Positions 61,258 to 64,000 of a DNA stretch of 64,000 nucleotides are shown one piece after another. The stretch spans positions 32,001 to 96,000 of the forward strand of contig CAVOUE010000009.1 of NCBI GenBank assembly GCA_963699545.1, in the 5' to 3' direction. How positions within the stretch are numbered: the stretch's first letter is position 1; each line of letters starts with the position of its first letter. The notes below the pieces were generated by a model. That model searched no databases and was not told the DNA's origin. It saw nothing but the letters and a program-made list of their open reading frames with translations. The DNA comes from Nitrospirota bacterium (GTDB taxonomy: Bacteria; Nitrospirota; Thermodesulfovibrionia; Thermodesulfovibrionales; UBA9159). The translations under genes were made by a program, and so were the position numbers.

Positions 61258-63164
61258 ATGGATTTTTTCGATGTCATCTTCCCTCTTAATATCGGCCCCC
61301 TCACCTACCGCTGGCCTGCGGCTCAGGGTCGACTCTCCCCTGGAATGATGGTAAAAGCAGAGGTAAAAACGACCTGCCAGTACGGCCTTGTCCTCGGTAA
61401 TGCTGTCCATCAGCCGGAAGGCCATATCAAGGAAGTGACAGAAGTGATCTCCTGGAAGCCGGTGGTGAGCGACACCTTTCTCAGCCTCCTGAAATGGATG
61501 GCGGAATACTATCTCGTTCCGGAGGGCGCTGTCCTCAAGACCGCTGCCCTCATGGAATTTTGTCGCCCTTCAAAAACGAGAAAAAAGCTCAAGGAGAACA
61601 GAAAGCTCGCAGCACTCATCCGTACGTCTGCCGATGCCCTCAGTCTCTGAGAGCATCGTATTACCGATCCGTGCGTCTCTGGAGAAAGGGGTGTACAAGA
61701 CATTCCTGCTCCACGCGCCGACCATTCACTACGAAGTTTCATCCCTGCTTGCGGTCATGGAAGGGATCAGAAATGTCGTCATCCTCGTACCGGAGAACAG
61801 CACACATTGAGCTCCTCTTACCCGCTCTGACGGAATCATATGGCGACAGAGTGGCGATCCTCCACGGCAAGCTCTCGAAGGGCCGGCGGAGAGGCATTAT
61901 CAATCGTATCCTCTCCGGAGAGTCGGATATTATTCTGGGAACACGGATCGCGGTAACCGCTCCCCTCCCCTCCGTCTCTCTCATTGCGGTCCTGCAGGAA
62001 CAGAACCAGTCATTCAAGAACCTTGAAGGGGTCCGTTATCATGCACGGGACGTGGCGGTCATGCGCGGTTATCTCGAACAGTCTACGGTAGTCCTGTCTT
62101 CCACGGTCCCCTCGGTGGAATCCTTTCACAACACTGAGAGGGGCAAGTACATCTTTCTCAGCGCTCATGGAGCAGTATCCCGCCCCAGGATCGATGTCGT
62201 CAACATGAAGACGGCGGGGAAGGCAACGCCGCATCTCTCCCGAAGAGCTCTCCAGGCAGCGTCAGCTGCGATCAAGAACAAAGAGGGAGTCCTTTTTTTG
62301 ATCAACAGGAAAGGGTACTCCCTGATACAATGTGCAGAGTGCAGCACTGTCTTCACCTGCCCGGCATGCAGAATACCGCTCATATATCACAAGAACAAAA
62401 TGGTCCTCAGGTGCCATTATTGCAACTACATTTCCCGCGCGCCGGATACCTGCGAAAAATGCGGCAGTACAAGACTTGAGACCGTTGGGGCGGGCACGCA
62501 GCGTATCGCGGCCGACATCAGGAAATATTTGGACATAGAACCTCTCCGTATTGACAGAGATGCCCTGCGCGATCAGTCCCTGAAGGGTCTCCCGTTCATC
62601 ATGCGGGGAGATGAGATCATCGTGGGCACAAAGGCCGTCAAGGGGCACCTGGACGCCGGAGGAGGCAACAGGCTCTGCGTCTTCCTGAACCCTGACATCA
62701 GCCTGCACGTACCGGACTTCAGGTCATCGGAACTTCTCTTCCAGGAGATCATCGGCATGACCGAATATGTGAAACCTGCAGGCCTCGTTATTCTTCAGAC
62801 GAAGATGCCCGAAAGCCACGTTTTTCGCTGTGTGAGAGGCTATCGCTTCAGGGAGTTCTATACGCAGGAACTCTCCATGAGAAGGGCTCTTGCTTACCCC
62901 CCGTTCTCGCGCATGATCGTCATGACCCTTTCATCGAGGCTTGACATGAGCAGCACGCTGACGAGCTGCCTTCCCCGGGCAGATGACGGGATCGAATGCA
63001 TAGGCCCGATCCCCCTGCCGGGAAAACGGGTCCATGCCTGGAAGCTCATACTGAAATCTGCATTAAAGGAAAGGCTCAGCGAGTATGCAAGAAACATTTT
63101 GGAAGTCTTGAAGGAAGAGAAGAGGCTGCGAATAACGGTCGATGTCGACCCTATAACAATTTAG
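61258..63164 (+). CDS. priA: Primosomal protein N' (PriA); frameshifts at about 61620-61800; degenerate helicase motifs
   Basis: WMAEYY, YHARDVAV.R, LINRKGYS, 8-Cys Zn region, YPPFSR, VDVDP. Confidence 0.88.
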
Positions 63165-64000
63165 GGTATTTCTTTGTCCTCAGGATTTCCCTTGCGCGCA
63201 CGATGTCGCTGAGGATATGTTCATGGAGGACCTTGAAGTCGGGAAATACCTTCTCATCCCTGATCCGGTCTATGAAATGTACGCTGAGTTCCCTGCCGAG
63301 AATGTTCTCTGAAAAATCAAGGATATGGACTTCGTAGCTCATCCTCTGCTCCCCAAAGGTGGGGTTTCTGCCGATATTTGCAGCGCCATCGAATATGGTC
63401 CCGTCCATCCCGACTTTAACGGCATATACCCCTTCCTTCGGTATAAGCTCATTGGAGGTCTCGATATTCGCGGTAGGCACATTCATCAGACTTCCCCCCC
63501 TCCCGGCGCCCCTGACCACTCGCCCCGTGATCATGTAGGGTCTCCCGAGCAGCCACGAGGATTCGCAGACCCTGCCCCTTGCGAGAAGGCTCCTGACCCT
63601 GCTGCTGCTTACCTTCTCGCCATAGAGCCTTGCATTCCTGATGACCCTGAAGGTGAATCCACCCTTTCCGCTCCTTCTCCTTAACAGTGCGGTACTTCCC
63701 TTCTTCCCTTTACCAAAAGCATAGCTATGGCCGACAATCACCTCTTTGGCGCCGATTTGGTCCACAACGACATCGCGTATAAAATCATCCGGTTTCGTGT
63801 TCGCAAATTCCCTGTCAAAATGTATGCAGAGGAGCACCTCGATTCCAAGTAATTCCATAAGACGCGCCTTCTCGGGAAAGGGAGTCAGCAGTCTCACGCC
63901 CCTCTCCGGGGCGATGACCTTCAACGGATGAGGGTCAAAGGTTATCGCCAGGGGGGTACCCTTTATCGCCTTTGCCCTTTGCACAACGTTCCTGAATATC
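63151..64000 (-). CDS. ribF: Bifunctional riboflavin kinase/FAD synthetase; 5' end outside window
   Basis: TFDPHP, VSSSRVR, PTAN, GVYAV, NIGRNPTF, EVHILDF. Confidence 0.95.
   Translation of the reverse strand, partial: IFRNVVQRAKAIKGTPLAITFDPHPLKVIAPERGVRLLTPFPEKARLMELLGIEVLLCIHFDREFANTKPDDFIRDVVVDQIGAKEVIVGHSYAFGKGKKGSTALLRRRSGKGGFTFRVIRNARLYGEKVSSSRVRSLLARGRVCESSWLLGRPYMITGRVVRGAGRGGSLMNVPTANIETSNELIPKEGVYAVKVGMDGTIFDGAANIGRNPTFGEQRMSYEVHILDFSENILGRELSVHFIDRIRDEKVFPDFKVLHEHILSDIVRAREILRTKKYPKLL

Noticed and set aside
1-64000. CRISPR array, rRNA, integrase or transposase
   Set aside because: No regularly spaced 25-45 bp repeats, no rRNA-like tract and no recombinase or transposase motifs were recognised by eye.

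Overview
Bacterial chromosomal window from an anaerobe; the gene repertoire resembles Nitrospirota/Thermodesulfovibrionia or Deltaproteobacteria (inference only). Many genes carry single-base indels, often in homopolymers and densest at about 52.8-56.4 kb, which looks like consensus error rather than decay. Left part: Fn3-repeat surface protein, NagZ, CHASE2 adenylate cyclase, a NuoE/NuoF-like plus selenocysteine formate dehydrogenase operon (in-frame UGA at 8908 with a SECIS hairpin) beside fhs, and an amidase/D-aminoacylase/gamma-glutamyl hydrolase/OppA-like run. Centre (about 21.3-43.1 kb, all minus strand) is the most interesting region, a metalloid/oxyanion island. It holds an ars operon (arsP, DUF2703, small thioredoxin, arsR, acr3, Trx/CcdA), three FmdE-family genes (one secreted, one fused to a ModE-type HTH), TauE and a minimal SufC/SufB pair. 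It also holds an AioXSR/ArxXSR-like sensor trio with a double-domain binding protein, upstream of a sigma-54 promoter (IHF site, two enhancer palindromes). That promoter precedes triheme cytochrome c + Tat-exported PsrA/PhsA-clade molybdoenzyme + Fe-S subunit + TorD, with no membrane anchor. A molybdopterin-binding gene carries two in-frame periodic palindromic insertions (7-nt and 8-nt periods). Right part: napAGHBD, nrdJ, tRNA-Pro(GGG), merR, ihfA, tatB/C, HEAT + HD-GYP, an AT-richer patch with two truncated attC-like sites (nuclease-like genes, HigBA-like TA), radical SAM, a PriA with degenerate helicase motifs, and ribF. No CRISPR array, rRNA, integrase or transposase was seen.
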